Source of the DNA: an uncultured Chthonomonas sp.
GTDB taxonomy: Bacteria > Armatimonadota > Chthonomonadetes > Chthonomonadales > CAJBBX01
Direction of reading: 5' to 3'
Length of the DNA: 64,000 nt
Assembly: GCA_903951425.1 (NCBI GenBank)
Contig: CAJBBX010000118.1
Location: forward strand, 7,702 to 71,701
Shown here: positions 40,319 to 50,727 of the stretch, in pieces
How positions within the stretch are numbered: position 1 is the first letter of the stretch
Layout of the letters: each line of letters opens with the position of its first letter
Made by a program: the position numbers and the translations under genes
The notes under the pieces: model-generated
What the model was told of the DNA's origin: nothing
Database searches by the model: none
What the model saw: only the letters and a program-made list of their open reading frames with translations

Positions 40319-40605
40319 ACGCTTCCTCCGGGGCCTCAGCGCCGCGCCACGCAGGCGGGGGCGCGGCGAGGCCGCTTCCATTCAGGCAACAGCCCGAACG
40401 TGGTGCTAAGAGGCTGCAAGGCGGCACGCGGAGAGGTAACGGACGGATAGCAGGTGCGTGGGGTGCGCCACGCCCAATCGGGCCGCGCATCCAAGAAGAG
40501 TGTACAACAGATACGGCTCCCGCGGCCCCTGGGGGAGGCCGCGGCCTTTTCCGGCCCGGCACAGGGCAGGAATGCCGGCGCGGCGCGGCTAACCTTGTAT
40601 GTGTG

Positions 40606-43600
40606 ATGTCGGCTCTGACGAGCCGGCGCGGATGGAGGCAGGCCATGCATCTCCCTTGGGATCGGTTGACCGGCAAGCGGGCTCTCGGGGCGCTTGCGCT
40701 CTGCGGGGCCTTTGGCCTGACCTGGGCCGCCGTGCGGGGCGCGCCGGAGATGGTGAGCCTCTACGCCCACGCGCCCAACGTGGTCCGCTTCCCGGCCAGG
40801 CAGGCGCGCTTCGTGCGTCTCGAAGTGCGCCACGCGGCGGGCGGGCAGGCGTGCATCGACGAGCTGGAGGTCTACGCCGAGGGCGGCTCGGAGAACCTGG
40901 CCCATGCCGTCCACGGCGCCAAGGCCACCGCCTCGTCGTGCCTCCCCGGCTTCGCCATCCACCGCATCCGCAACCTGAACGACGGCCTCTACGGCAACCG
41001 CCACAGCTGGATTGCCGGCACGTCGGACCCCGGCGAGTGGGCGCAGATTGAGCTCGCCGCGCCGGCCAACGTGGACCGCATCGTCTACTCCCGCGACCGG
41101 CAGGGCGAGTACGCCGACCGCGTGGTGGACGACCTCCGCGTGGTCACCTCCATGGACGGCAAGACGTGGGAGGCGGCCGCCGAACTCACCGGCCGCGTGG
41201 TGGCGGTGAATACCTCGGCGCCCTCGGTCACCGCGCCGTTCGGTCAGCAGCACGCCCGCTACGTGCGCCTCTGCGTGCTGGGCACCTCGGACGGCGCGCC
41301 GCCTGCGCTGGATGAGGTGCAGGTCTACGGCAAGGAACCTGAGCTGGACCTGGCCTCGAAGCCGGCGGGCGGCGCAGTCGCCGTCTCATCGACGTCCGCC
41401 GGAAGCGCCGCCGCGCTGAACGACGGCCGCTACGGCCCCGACGCGGGCTGGCGGGCGGCGCGGCCCGAGCGGCAGTGGGTGCAGGTGAACCTGCCCGGTC
41501 GCGTGGAGGTGAACCGCCTCGTCTTCTCGCGTGACCGCACCGGCTCACGGCGCGACGGCGCCCCGGCGGTCTACGAGGTCCGCATCTCGCTGGACGGCCG
41601 CCGCTGGAAGACCGTGGTCCGCTGGGGCCAGCCGCCCGTGGCCGGGCCCGCGCCCGGCCCAAGAATCGCAGGCGGACCGGACAGCGCTCTCCTGAGCGCC
41701 TACGTGGGCGAGGAGATGGCGTCGCTGAAGACCTACGGCCGCGCGGACTGCGACCCGGGTCTCACCGAGTACGTCCGCGTCTGGCAGTACCCCGAGCACG
41801 TTGCCGATGATATTGTGCCCCTGCCCGAGCTGCCGTCGGCGCCCGACCTGGCCGCGCCGGCGCCGGCCGGCGCATGGTCGCGGGCCAGCCGGGGCCTCGT
41901 CCGTGCGGTCTTCTACGCGCCCTTCTCCGTTGGCCCCATGGTCGAGCAGAGCGTCTGGGCCGGGCGCTCGGGGACGTCGGTCTACCTGAGCGTGCAGGCC
42001 AACCGGATGCTCAGCAGTCACGTGGCCGTGCTGTCCTCAGGCGACTGGTCCGGATGCGGCGTGCTGGCCATGGAGGGGCAGGGGCTACGGTTCCGCCGCT
42101 ATGCCTACCGGCCCGACGGCGCACTGGCCGTCAGCGACGACCAGGCCGTTGAGGGCCGCGTAGACGCCGACGCCGGCGTGGTTACCGCGCGGCTGCCCGC
42201 GAGCTGGTTCCCCGGCCTCGCCAACTACGGCCTCCGTGTGGGGCTGGGCCTGGGCGGCAAGCACACCTCGGCGCTGGGCAGGCCAGTGCTCTTTGAGTGC
42301 TCCGACCTGGGCGTAGCGCAGGCCGGATCGCCGGTGGGCGACATCGTCGCCTATCGCCTCTCCCTGGCCGCCGGCTCCGCGCCGCGCACTGTCTCGCTCT
42401 CCGCCCATGGCGCGACGCGCAGCGTGGCGCTGCAGCCCGGCCGCACGGTCGGCATCGCGCTCCCCACGCGCCGCGGCCCGCTGGGGCCCGAGGCCATAGT
42501 GACCGTACAGGACGGGGCCGCGCTCTGGCAGGCCCACGCCTTCCGGTACGACGCCGCACAGCGGGGCCTGGAGCAGTTGGCCGGGCTCGTGGCGCGCCTT
42601 GAGGCGCAGGGCGTGAGCGCCGTAGCCGAGCGCGCCGAACTGACGCGCCTGCAGTCCGACCAGTCGGCGCGCCTGGCGGCCCCTCCCGACGTCCGAACGG
42701 AGCGGCAGGCCTTCCTGGCGGCCCGCACCACCAAGCGCAGGGCCTTCATGCGGCTACCCGAGATGGCCGCCGCCCAGCGCATCCTCTGCGTCCGGCGGCA
42801 CCCCTTCGCGCCCAGCCACAACTACAGCGACCTGCTCGACAACACCGGGGCGCCGGGCGGCAGCGTTGAGGTGGTTGAGATCCCCCGCATCGGCGGGCGG
42901 CTGGAACCCGAGGCGGCGGGCACGCGGCGCCTCTTCGACGCGGGCCAGGGCGTCATCCGCGACCCCGCGGCCGACTTCGCCGCCCGCACGGTCACCTTCG
43001 CCTGGCGCAGGACGCTCTCCGACCCATTCCACCTCATGAGCGTGGGCGCCGACGGCTCCGGCCTGAAGCAGATCACCGACGGGCCGTTCCATGACTTCTA
43101 CCCGACGCCCATGCCCGACGGCGACCTGGCCTTCGTCAGCACCCGCTGCCGCGCCCGGTATCTCTGCTGGCGCCCGCAGGCCTACGTCCTTTTCAAGCGG
43201 CAGAAGGCCGGGGCCATCGCTCCGCTCTCCTACGCCAACCTTAGCGAATGGGCGCCCAGCATCATGCAAGACGGTCGCCTGCTCTGGACCCGTTCTGAGT
43301 ACCAGGACAAGGGCGCCGACTTCAACCACACCCTCTGGTCGATCCGCCCCGACGGCACGGACTGCGACCTGGTCTTCGGCAACAGCATCATCCAGCCCAA
43401 CGGCTACGTGGGCGGCCGCGAGATGCCCGGCGGCGGCAGCCTCTGCTGCACGCTGATCAGCCACTTCGGCGACCTGAATGGCCCCATCGCGCTGATCGAC
43501 CTCTCCAAGGACAAGTCCGACGCATCCGCCATCCGCAGCATCACGCCCGAGGTGCCCTGGCCCGGCTCGCCGCCCGGCGAGGAGTGCTTCCGCGATCCCT

Positions 43601-44658
43601 ACCCGATCAGCCGCGACGTGCTGCTCGTCTCCCACGCACCCGACCGCAAGTTCGGCGTCTACGCCATCGACCGCTTCGGCAACCGCGAGCTGCTCTACGC
43701 CGACCCGGCGATCTCAGTGATGAGCCCCACTGCCCTGCGGCCGATGCGCCCGCCTGTCAGCCCGGCGGCGGTGGCCCGGACCGGGTCCGACGACGCCGAG
43801 CTATTCGTGGCCGATGTCTACAAAGGCCTTGAGGGGAACGTGAAGCGCGGCTCCGTGAAGTGGATTCGCGTGAGTCAGGAGGTGCGGGCCGACCTGGAGC
43901 AGCTCTCGCCGGGCAGGTACCGCGACGACCACCCGGACTTCACGGACTGGTACGCAACGCCGATCCACCTGGTGAACGGCCCCTACGGATGGCCCAGCTA
44001 TGTGGCCAAGGCGTCCTGGGGCCTGGCGCCCGTGGCTCCCGACGGCTCGGCCCGGTTCCGCGTTCCCGGCGGCAAGATGCTCTACTTCTCGGCGCTGGAT
44101 GCCGACTTCAACGAGGTCCAGCGCATGCGGAGCATCGTGCAGCTGGCGCCCGGCGAGCGGAGGAGCTGCATCGGATGCCACGAATCGCGCACCAAGTCGC
44201 CCACGCGAGGCATCCGGCCCGCCGGCGTGCGGCTGGCGCAGGTCCAGCGCGCATCGTGGGAGGGAGCGCCCTTCTCCTACGAACGCGTGGTGCAGCCGGT
44301 GCTGGACAAGCACTGCGTCCGCTGCCACAACAGCGCCTCTGGCGACGGCCTTGACCTCTCCGGCACACTGGCCGAGGACCGCGTGCCCGAGTCCTACCGG
44401 ACCATCATCTCGCAGGGGCTCGTCCACTACCACGACTGGAGCTACAACCCCGGCGGCAACGAGAAGGCGGCGCCCCTCACCTTCGGGTCGGTGCGCAGCA
44501 AACTCGTGAAGTTGGTCGACTCGGGTCATCAGGGCGTGCGCCTGAGCCGCGACGAGACGCTCAGGCTGAAGGCGTGGATCGACCTGAACTGCCCCCTCTG
44601 GCCCGACTACATCCACCGGCCGGAGCGTCCCATCAGCGGCCGGGTGGCGGGCCGCTAG
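40606..44658 (+). CDS. Secreted discoidin (F5/8-C) x2-3 / PD40-type beta-propeller protein with C-terminal double CxxCH module; paralog of 32175..35489
   Basis: Start ATG at 40606 (or 40645). The signal is ALGALALCGAFGLTWAAVRG. The 109 upstream codons of the track ORF are Arg/Gly-rich and overlap the kinase start. Discoidin blocks: ARFVRLEV...IDELEVY and ARYVRLCV...LDEVQVY. Propeller blocks: FHLMSVGADGSGLKQITDG and MPDGDLAFVSTR. CxxCH motifs: CIGCH (44167-44181) and CVRCH (44314-44328). Confidence 0.75.
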   Translation: MSALTSRRGWRQAMHLPWDRLTGKRALGALALCGAFGLTWAAVRGAPEMVSLYAHAPNVVRFPARQARFVRLEVRHAAGGQACIDELEVYAEGGSENLAHAVHGAKATASSCLPGFAIHRIRNLNDGLYGNRHSWIAGTSDPGEWAQIELAAPANVDRIVYSRDRQGEYADRVVDDLRVVTSMDGKTWEAAAELTGRVVAVNTSAPSVTAPFGQQHARYVRLCVLGTSDGAPPALDEVQVYGKEPELDLASKPAGGAVAVSSTSAGSAAALNDGRYGPDAGWRAARPERQWVQVNLPGRVEVNRLVFSRDRTGSRRDGAPAVYEVRISLDGRRWKTVVRWGQPPVAGPAPGPRIAGGPDSALLSAYVGEEMASLKTYGRADCDPGLTEYVRVWQYPEHVADDIVPLPELPSAPDLAAPAPAGAWSRASRGLVRAVFYAPFSVGPMVEQSVWAGRSGTSVYLSVQANRMLSSHVAVLSSGDWSGCGVLAMEGQGLRFRRYAYRPDGALAVSDDQAVEGRVDADAGVVTARLPASWFPGLANYGLRVGLGLGGKHTSALGRPVLFECSDLGVAQAGSPVGDIVAYRLSLAAGSAPRTVSLSAHGATRSVALQPGRTVGIALPTRRGPLGPEAIVTVQDGAALWQAHAFRYDAAQRGLEQLAGLVARLEAQGVSAVAERAELTRLQSDQSARLAAPPDVRTERQAFLAARTTKRRAFMRLPEMAAAQRILCVRRHPFAPSHNYSDLLDNTGAPGGSVEVVEIPRIGGRLEPEAAGTRRLFDAGQGVIRDPAADFAARTVTFAWRRTLSDPFHLMSVGADGSGLKQITDGPFHDFYPTPMPDGDLAFVSTRCRARYLCWRPQAYVLFKRQKAGAIAPLSYANLSEWAPSIMQDGRLLWTRSEYQDKGADFNHTLWSIRPDGTDCDLVFGNSIIQPNGYVGGREMPGGGSLCCTLISHFGDLNGPIALIDLSKDKSDASAIRSITPEVPWPGSPPGEECFRDPYPISRDVLLVSHAPDRKFGVYAIDRFGNRELLYADPAISVMSPTALRPMRPPVSPAAVARTGSDDAELFVADVYKGLEGNVKRGSVKWIRVSQEVRADLEQLSPGRYRDDHPDFTDWYATPIHLVNGPYGWPSYVAKASWGLAPVAPDGSARFRVPGGKMLYFSALDADFNEVQRMRSIVQLAPGERRSCIGCHESRTKSPTRGIRPAGVRLAQVQRASWEGAPFSYERVVQPVLDKHCVRCHNSASGDGLDLSGTLAEDRVPESYRTIISQGLVHYHDWSYNPGGNEKAAPLTFGSVRSKLVKLVDSGHQGVRLSRDETLRLKAWIDLNCPLWPDYIHRPERPISGRVAGR

Positions 44659-44705
44659 CCGGGCCCGGCTCAGAGTCTCGTGGAGTATACTAACCGTTCA
44701 TTCAA

Positions 44706-46010
44706 ATGAGGGACCGGTTCGCAGCGGCGGTCCTTGGAGGTGGCGGATTGGACAAGCTGATCGTCGGCGGTGGCAGCCGGCTGGAGGGCGTTGTGACCGC
44801 GGGCGGAAGCAAGAACGCGGCGCTGGCGCTCATGGCGGGAGCTGTTCTGGCCGACGGCGTCGTGACGCTGCACAACGTACCGCGCATCGGCGACATCAAG
44901 ACGATGGTGGAGCTGCTGAACGGCCTGGGCGCCGTGACGCGCTGGACGGACGACCATACCGTCACCATCGACGCATCAGAGATACATAATCTGGAGGCGC
45001 CCTACGAGCTCGTGCGCAAGATGCGCGCCTCCTTTTGCGTGCTGGGGCCGCTCCTGGCGCGCTTCGGCTTCGCCCGCGTACCCGTGCCGGGCGGCTGCGA
45101 CATCGGGGCCAGGCCCGTCAACTTCCATGTAGAAGGCCTCCGCAAGCTGGGCGCCGACCTCCACGTGGAGCACGGCATCTACTCCGCCGAGTGCGAGAAG
45201 CTCATCGGCGCGCCCATCTACCTCGACTTCCCGAGCGCCGGCGCCACGCAGCACCTGATGACCGCAGCCGTGCTGGCCAGGGGCGTCACGGTCATCGAGA
45301 ACTGCGCCACCGAGCCCGAGGTCGCCGCGCTGGCCGCTTTCCTCATCTCGCTGGGCGCCAAGGTGGAGGGCGCGGGAACGACCACGCTCACCATCGAGGG
45401 CGTGGAGCGGCTCGGCGGCGGCGAGTGCGAGGTGATCCCGGACCGGCTCGAAGCCGGCACCATGGCCATCGGCGCTGCGATCACCAACGGCGACGTGCTC
45501 ATCGAGCGAGCCAGGCCCGACCAGATGCGCGCCACGATCACCAAGCTCCGGGAGGCCGGCGTCGATGTGGCGGTGGACGGAACCTCCATCCGCGTCAGCA
45601 GCAAGGGCCGCCCCAAGGCCATCGAGATCAAGACTAATCCGCATCCGGGCTTCCCGACCGATATGCAGCAGCTCTTCGCGGCGCTCCTCTGCACGGCCGA
45701 CGGCACATCCGTCATCACCGAGAACATCTACGAGAGCCGCTTCCGCTACGTCAACGAACTGAACCGCATGGGCGGCGATATTCGGGTGGGTGGGCGTTCG
45801 GCCGTCATCACCGGCGTGCCCATGCTCACCAGTGCGCCCGTCACCGCCACCGACCTCCGCGCCGGCGCCGCGCTCATCTGCGCTGCACTGGCGGCCGACG
45901 GCGAGACGGAGCTCTCCGGCCTGGAGCATATCGACCGCGGGTACGAAGACATCGTGGGCAAGTTCACGGGCTTGGGCGCCCGGATCCGGCGCGAGCCGGA
46001 ACCCGACTAG
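44706..46010 (+). CDS. murA: UDP-N-acetylglucosamine 1-carboxyvinyltransferase
   Basis: LDKLIVGGGSRLEGVVTAGGSKNAALALMAGAVLA; active-site loop VPGGCDIGARPVNFH; full-length colinear MurA pattern. A TTG at 44748 with GGAGG 7 nt upstream is a likely alternative start. Confidence 0.95.
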   Translation: MRDRFAAAVLGGGGLDKLIVGGGSRLEGVVTAGGSKNAALALMAGAVLADGVVTLHNVPRIGDIKTMVELLNGLGAVTRWTDDHTVTIDASEIHNLEAPYELVRKMRASFCVLGPLLARFGFARVPVPGGCDIGARPVNFHVEGLRKLGADLHVEHGIYSAECEKLIGAPIYLDFPSAGATQHLMTAAVLARGVTVIENCATEPEVAALAAFLISLGAKVEGAGTTTLTIEGVERLGGGECEVIPDRLEAGTMAIGAAITNGDVLIERARPDQMRATITKLREAGVDVAVDGTSIRVSSKGRPKAIEIKTNPHPGFPTDMQQLFAALLCTADGTSVITENIYESRFRYVNELNRMGGDIRVGGRSAVITGVPMLTSAPVTATDLRAGAALICAALAADGETELSGLEHIDRGYEDIVGKFTGLGARIRREPEPD

Positions 46011-46088
46011 CGGCCCGCCGCACCGAGCAAGCGGCTCCGACCGGAGCCGTGGGCGCCGCCGGGGCGTCCTGAAAGGTCATTTGGATCC

Positions 46089-47111
46089 GTGTTCTCACTC
46101 ATTCCAGAACTAGGCATCGACCTGGGGACGGCGAATATCCTCGTCTACCAGCGCGGTCGCGGCATCGTGCTGAACGAGCCCTCCGTGGTCGCCATCAACC
46201 AGACCACCAAGAAGGTGCTGGCCGTCGGCGAGGAGGCGCGCCTCATGCTGGGGCGCACACCCGGTAACATTGTGGCCATCCGCCCCATGAGCGAAGGCGT
46301 CATCGCGGACTACACCACAACGACGCGCATGCTGGAGCACCTGATCCGCAAGGTCGTGGGCCGCAAGCGCCTCTTCAAGCCCCGCGTGCTGGTCTGCGTG
46401 CCCTCAGGCGTCACGGATGTGGAGCGGCGCGCCGTGAAGCAGTCTGCCAAAGAGGCGGGCGCCGGCGAGGCCTACACCATCGAGGAGCCCATGGCTGCGG
46501 CCATCGGCGCGGGTCTGCCCATCGCCAGCCCGGGCGGCAACATGGTGGTCGACATCGGCGGCGGCACCAGCGACATCGCGGTCATCTCCCTCGACGGCAT
46601 CGTCATTTCGCAGAGCCTGCGTGTGGGCGGCAACCGCATGGACGAGGTCATCATCCGGCACATCCGCGCCAACCACAACCTCTGGGTGGGCGACCGGTCT
46701 GCCGAAGAGATCAAGATGAAGATCGGCTCGGCCTACCCGCTGGACGAGGAGATGACCATGCCGGTCCGCGGTCGCGACCTGGTGGCGGGCCTGCCGCGCA
46801 CCGTCACCGTGGCGTCCGAGGAGATCCGCGAGGCCCTGTCCGAGCCGGTGACGCAGATCGTCGAGAAGGTGCGCGCCGTCCTGGAGCAGACGCCGCCCGA
46901 GCTTTCGGCCGATATCATCGAGCGCGGCGTATGGCTTACCGGCGGCGGCGCGCTGCTGCGGGGGCTGGACAAGCTCCTGTCGGCTGCCACCGATATCCCC
47001 GTATACGTGGCGGAAGACCCGCTCTCTTGCGTGGCGACCGGCACCGGCCGCGCCCTCGAGGAGTTGGAGGCCATCCGGCAGAGCGACGCCCGGCAGGTGG
47101 TGGTGGGATGA
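46089..47111 (+). CDS. mreB: Rod-shape-determining actin homolog MreB
   Basis: [60 protein letters not shown]. Confidence 0.95.
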   Translation: MFSLIPELGIDLGTANILVYQRGRGIVLNEPSVVAINQTTKKVLAVGEEARLMLGRTPGNIVAIRPMSEGVIADYTTTTRMLEHLIRKVVGRKRLFKPRVLVCVPSGVTDVERRAVKQSAKEAGAGEAYTIEEPMAAAIGAGLPIASPGGNMVVDIGGGTSDIAVISLDGIVISQSLRVGGNRMDEVIIRHIRANHNLWVGDRSAEEIKMKIGSAYPLDEEMTMPVRGRDLVAGLPRTVTVASEEIREALSEPVTQIVEKVRAVLEQTPPELSADIIERGVWLTGGGALLRGLDKLLSAATDIPVYVAEDPLSCVATGTGRALEELEAIRQSDARQVVVG

Positions 47112-47776
47112 CGGCCGTCCGGCGCGGGATGCTCCTCCTCGCGGCCTTGGTTCCGCTCCCGGCCGCCGCGCAACGCGACGTGCCCGCCGGGCACTGGGCC
47201 GCCGAGCCGGTGGCCGCCATGGTGCGTCTGGGTGTCATGCCCCTCGCCGCCGGCAGGTTCAACGGCTCCGCCAAGGTGACCCGCGCTCAGATGGTGGGCA
47301 TCGTCGCCCGCATGGCGCGTTCGCTGGAGGCCGGCAAGTGGGCCGGTGAGTCGCCGCCGCAGCCTTCCACGGGCAAGGTCGATAAGAGCACGCTCAAGGG
47401 GCCCGTCAGTCGGTACGACCTGGCAGCTGCCGCCTACCGCATCGGCGTCTTTACGGCTCGCGCCCTGCCGCCCTTCGCCGGCAAGGCCACCAACGTATCC
47501 GAGGCCTTGGTCCGAGCGGCCATGCCCGCCAAGCCGGCCGCAGGCCCGCTCCGCACCGAGTTGGCCTTCCTGGTGACCAATCGGTTCGTGCACAAGGGTT
47601 CGCCGCTCCTGAAGGCCGATACCCAGGCGTTGACCGGACTTGAGGCCTCGCGCGCCTTGGCGGAGATGATCAGCGGGCTCAATGCGCGCCGCACCGACGA
47701 GCCCGAGAAGCGCATCCAGCTTGAGCGGCCCGGCGGCGAAGGGCACACTCACGCGCCGGCCGACCCCAAGCCCTAG
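47108..47776 (+). CDS. Secreted SLH-domain protein
   Basis: The ATG overlaps the mreB stop (ATGA). Signal [25 protein letters not shown] motif [46 protein letters not shown]. Confidence 0.7.
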   Translation: MTAVRRGMLLLAALVPLPAAAQRDVPAGHWAAEPVAAMVRLGVMPLAAGRFNGSAKVTRAQMVGIVARMARSLEAGKWAGESPPQPSTGKVDKSTLKGPVSRYDLAAAAYRIGVFTARALPPFAGKATNVSEALVRAAMPAKPAAGPLRTELAFLVTNRFVHKGSPLLKADTQALTGLEASRALAEMISGLNARRTDEPEKRIQLERPGGEGHTHAPADPKP

Positions 47777-47820
47777 CCTGTCTGGGCGGGCGCGGTTCGC
47801 TAATGAGGGGAGTGCCGGCC

Positions 47821-49764
47821 ATGGGTCCGAAGGCGCCGCGTACGGCTTCGCCACTCCGCGCAATACTGGTCGGGGCGGCCCTGCTGCCGATCAACGCGTG
47901 GTGGCTCGTGCGCGTCGAGATGGCCTCCTCGGGCAGCGCCCGCGGTACCACCGCTAACGGCCCGTACCCTTCCAGCCTCTCGCTCTTCGCCAACGTCATC
48001 TGCGCGCTGGCCCTGCTCACCTTCGCCAATGCCGCGCTGAAGCGCTTCCGGGCGCGCTTGGCGCTGGAGCAGGCCGAGCTCCTCGTCATCTATGTGATGC
48101 TCACCATCGGCACCTGCCTGACGAGCATCGACTTCTTCGACGTCCTCGTTCCCATGCTGGGCCACGCGGCCCGCTACGCCACCCCGGCCAATAACTGGGA
48201 TAGCCTCTTCGTCTCCTCCATGCCGAAGTGGCTCCGCGTGGCCGATCCCGCCGCCGTCAAAGGCTGGTACGAGGGCTCGTCGAACCCATGGACCTGGGCG
48301 ATCCTGCGGGCCTGGCTGCCTCCGCTGGCGATCTGGGGCGCGGTAGCCTTCGCCCTGCTCGGTGTGATGCTCTGCCTCAACACGCTCCTGCGGGTGCAGT
48401 GGACCCAGAACGAGCGGCTCAGCTACCCGGTCATCGAACTGCCCATGGAGATGACTGACGAGCGGACGCCCTTTTACCGCAGGCCCGCCATGTGGGCCGG
48501 GTTCGCCGTGGCGGGCGGCATCAGCCTGCTCAACGGCTGGGCTGTCCTGGCTCCGGGTGTGCCGTCCGTGCCCATCAAGGCCGTTGACATCGCGCCATGG
48601 TTCCCCAACCCTCCGTGGAACGCCATGGGTTGGACGCCGCTGGCCTTCTATCCCTTCGCCATCGGCCTTGGCTTCCTGCTGCCGGCCGACATGCTCTTCT
48701 CAAGCTGGTTCTTTGCGCTGGCCTGGCGCGCCGAGAGGGTGCTCAGCGCCTTCTACGGCCTGCAGCAGACCCGCCCGAACTTCCCCTATGTGAACGAGCA
48801 GTCCTTCGGCGCCTACATGGCCGTGGCCGTGCTTGCCCTCTGGGGCGCCCGGAAGCACCTGGCGACCATGGCCGTCTCCGCCTGGCGCGGGAAGCGCGGC
48901 GCGAATGACCCCATGAGCCCCCGGGCCGCGCTGGCCGGGGCCGTGCTGGGATTCGGGGCCCTCTGGGCCTTCTTCGCGGTCGCCGGGCTACCGTTCTGGT
49001 TGGCGCCCGTGGCGCTGCTGATCTACATGGCCATCGCCGTGGCATGTACGCGCATGCGCGCCGAGCTGGGTCCGCCCGCCCACGACCTGCACAACGGCGG
49101 CCCCGACGCCATCCTCACGGCCTGCCTCGGCACGCGCATGTTCTCTCCGCAGGCCATGGCCGCGCTCACATGGTTCTACTGGTTTAACCGCGCCTACCGT
49201 AGCATCGCCATGCCCTACCAGATGGAGGCCTTCAAGATGGCTGAGCGGCGCGGCGTGGCCATGCGTTGGATGGCCGCCGCGCTGGTGGTGGCCGCGGCCG
49301 TGGGGATCGCCTCGGGTCTGGCCATGCTCTACGCCATGCCCTTCAGGCTGGGCGCCGAGGCGCGGATGGCGTCGCATGTGACCTACTTCGGTTGGGAGGC
49401 GTACAACCGGCTGGCCGGCTGGGTGGCGAGCCCGCGCGATACGGATGTGCCCGCGGTCGGAGCGATCGGCGTGGGCGCCGCCTTCACGATGCTGCTGCAG
49501 GCCGGCCGCATGCGCTTCGGTTGGTGGCCCTTCCACCCGCTGGGCTTCGCCATCAGCGGAAGCTTCTCCATGAGCACGCTCTGGCTACCCATGGCCATCG
49601 CCTGGGTCTGTAAAGTGAGCGTCATGCGCTACGGCGGGCTACGGCTCTACCGCTCCGCCATGCCCTTCTTTTTGGGGCTCATGCTGGGCGACTACGCCTT
49701 TGGCTGCGCGTGGCCCATGGTGGGCTGGCTGCTGGACGCGAACACCTATAGCTACTACTTCTGA
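47821..49764 (+). CDS. Polytopic inner-membrane protein of unknown function (about 14 predicted hydrophobic segments)
   Basis: ATG at 47821 follows GAGGGGAG at 8-nt spacing (the track start 47803 is also possible). It has many hydrophobic helices (ILVGAALLPINAWWLV, VICALALLTFANA, LLVIYVMLTIGTCL ...). It may belong to the DUF6785-like family, from memory and unverified. Confidence 0.7.
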   Translation: MGPKAPRTASPLRAILVGAALLPINAWWLVRVEMASSGSARGTTANGPYPSSLSLFANVICALALLTFANAALKRFRARLALEQAELLVIYVMLTIGTCLTSIDFFDVLVPMLGHAARYATPANNWDSLFVSSMPKWLRVADPAAVKGWYEGSSNPWTWAILRAWLPPLAIWGAVAFALLGVMLCLNTLLRVQWTQNERLSYPVIELPMEMTDERTPFYRRPAMWAGFAVAGGISLLNGWAVLAPGVPSVPIKAVDIAPWFPNPPWNAMGWTPLAFYPFAIGLGFLLPADMLFSSWFFALAWRAERVLSAFYGLQQTRPNFPYVNEQSFGAYMAVAVLALWGARKHLATMAVSAWRGKRGANDPMSPRAALAGAVLGFGALWAFFAVAGLPFWLAPVALLIYMAIAVACTRMRAELGPPAHDLHNGGPDAILTACLGTRMFSPQAMAALTWFYWFNRAYRSIAMPYQMEAFKMAERRGVAMRWMAAALVVAAAVGIASGLAMLYAMPFRLGAEARMASHVTYFGWEAYNRLAGWVASPRDTDVPAVGAIGVGAAFTMLLQAGRMRFGWWPFHPLGFAISGSFSMSTLWLPMAIAWVCKVSVMRYGGLRLYRSAMPFFLGLMLGDYAFGCAWPMVGWLLDANTYSYYF

Positions 49765-49795
49765 GCCTGCCGGCGGCGCAGAGCCACCGGCAGGC
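49765..49795. terminator. Bidirectional hairpin between the convergent membrane-protein and ric genes
   Basis: GCCTGCCGGCGG-CGCAGAG-CCACCGGCAGGC pairs 11 of 12 bp and starts right after stop codon 49762-49764. Confidence 0.4.
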
Positions 49796-49803
49796 GGGGT
49801 TCG

Positions 49804-50526
49804 CTACGCGGAGGCCAGTTGGGCCTCGCGGGCCGCGGCGCGGGGATGGAGGATGCTGTTCTCCTTGTGGATATGCAGGTGCAGGTCCTGCTCAAGTCGT
49901 GCCAGCGCATCCGTAAGGGCGCGGTAGGTGTTGCAGACGTCGTCCGGCGTGCTGTAGCCGTCGGTCAGCTCGCGCAGGCGTGCCAGCACGGCGCCGGCGT
50001 TGTCATGCTCGTGCTCCATGACGGCAATGGGGTTCTTGACCGAGCCGCAGTGCAGTTGCGGAAGCTCGGAGGAGCCTTCGAGTAGCCGGATCATGGGGAA
50101 GAGGATCACCTCCTCCTTCTGCAGGTGCCCCTCCAACTCCGCGCGTAGCGCCTGGAACAGCTCGGCCACTTCGATGATGTTGGGGTGAGCCGCGCCGTGG
50201 GCCGCCGCGGTCTTCGTCGCGAGGGCGCTGATGCGGGGTAAATCGGACTTCAGATATGTGTGGTGCGTCGCCTCGATGTGCGCCATGAGTTGCGCCAGCG
50301 ACGCCGTCGACCAATCGGCCTCGTCGGCTCCGCGAGGCTCGGCGTCCACGGCCGCCAACTTGGCCAGCACGGACTGCAGGTCGGCTCCCGCCTTCAGGCA
50401 AGCCTCGCTCAGCGCGTCGGCGCCGTTGCAGCAGTAGTCCACGCCGTTCTGCTCGAAGACGCGGGCGCGGGCGGGGCGCTCGGTGACCAGATCGCCTACG
50501 GTGGCGTCTGCGGTGTTGTCTGCCAT
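49804..50526 (-). CDS. ric: Iron-sulfur cluster repair di-iron protein (RIC / YtfE / ScdA family)
   Basis: ATG at 50526 is preceded by GGAGGGAACC. ScdA_N block FEQNGVDYCCNG. Hemerythrin-like ligand blocks HHTYLK, EEVILFP, MEHEHD, HIHKENSILHP. Confidence 0.9.
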   Translation of the reverse strand: MADNTADATVGDLVTERPARARVFEQNGVDYCCNGADALSEACLKAGADLQSVLAKLAAVDAEPRGADEADWSTASLAQLMAHIEATHHTYLKSDLPRISALATKTAAAHGAAHPNIIEVAELFQALRAELEGHLQKEEVILFPMIRLLEGSSELPQLHCGSVKNPIAVMEHEHDNAGAVLARLRELTDGYSTPDDVCNTYRALTDALARLEQDLHLHIHKENSILHPRAAAREAQLASA

Positions 50527-50727
50527 GTGGTTCCCTCCGGGTGAGCGCCGCCGGACAGGCCCGGCCCTCCAGCGCTCAAATACACGACAAGTATATCCGA
50601 TTATCCGCCGGAGAGGTTCCCGTTGGCCGCCGATCGCCGTCAAACATCGCCCCCATACCTCATCCGGCACGGTCATAGGCCATGATGCTATGGTTGTTGA
50701 GTACAACCCGCCCCGCGGGAGGCACCT

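Noticed and set aside
50560-50600. Weak inverted repeat AAATAC-N7-GTATAT upstream of ric, considered as an NsrR/Rrf2-type operator
   Set aside because: Only 5 of 6 positions pair, and it does not match the NsrR consensus I remember. Reported here only as a note.
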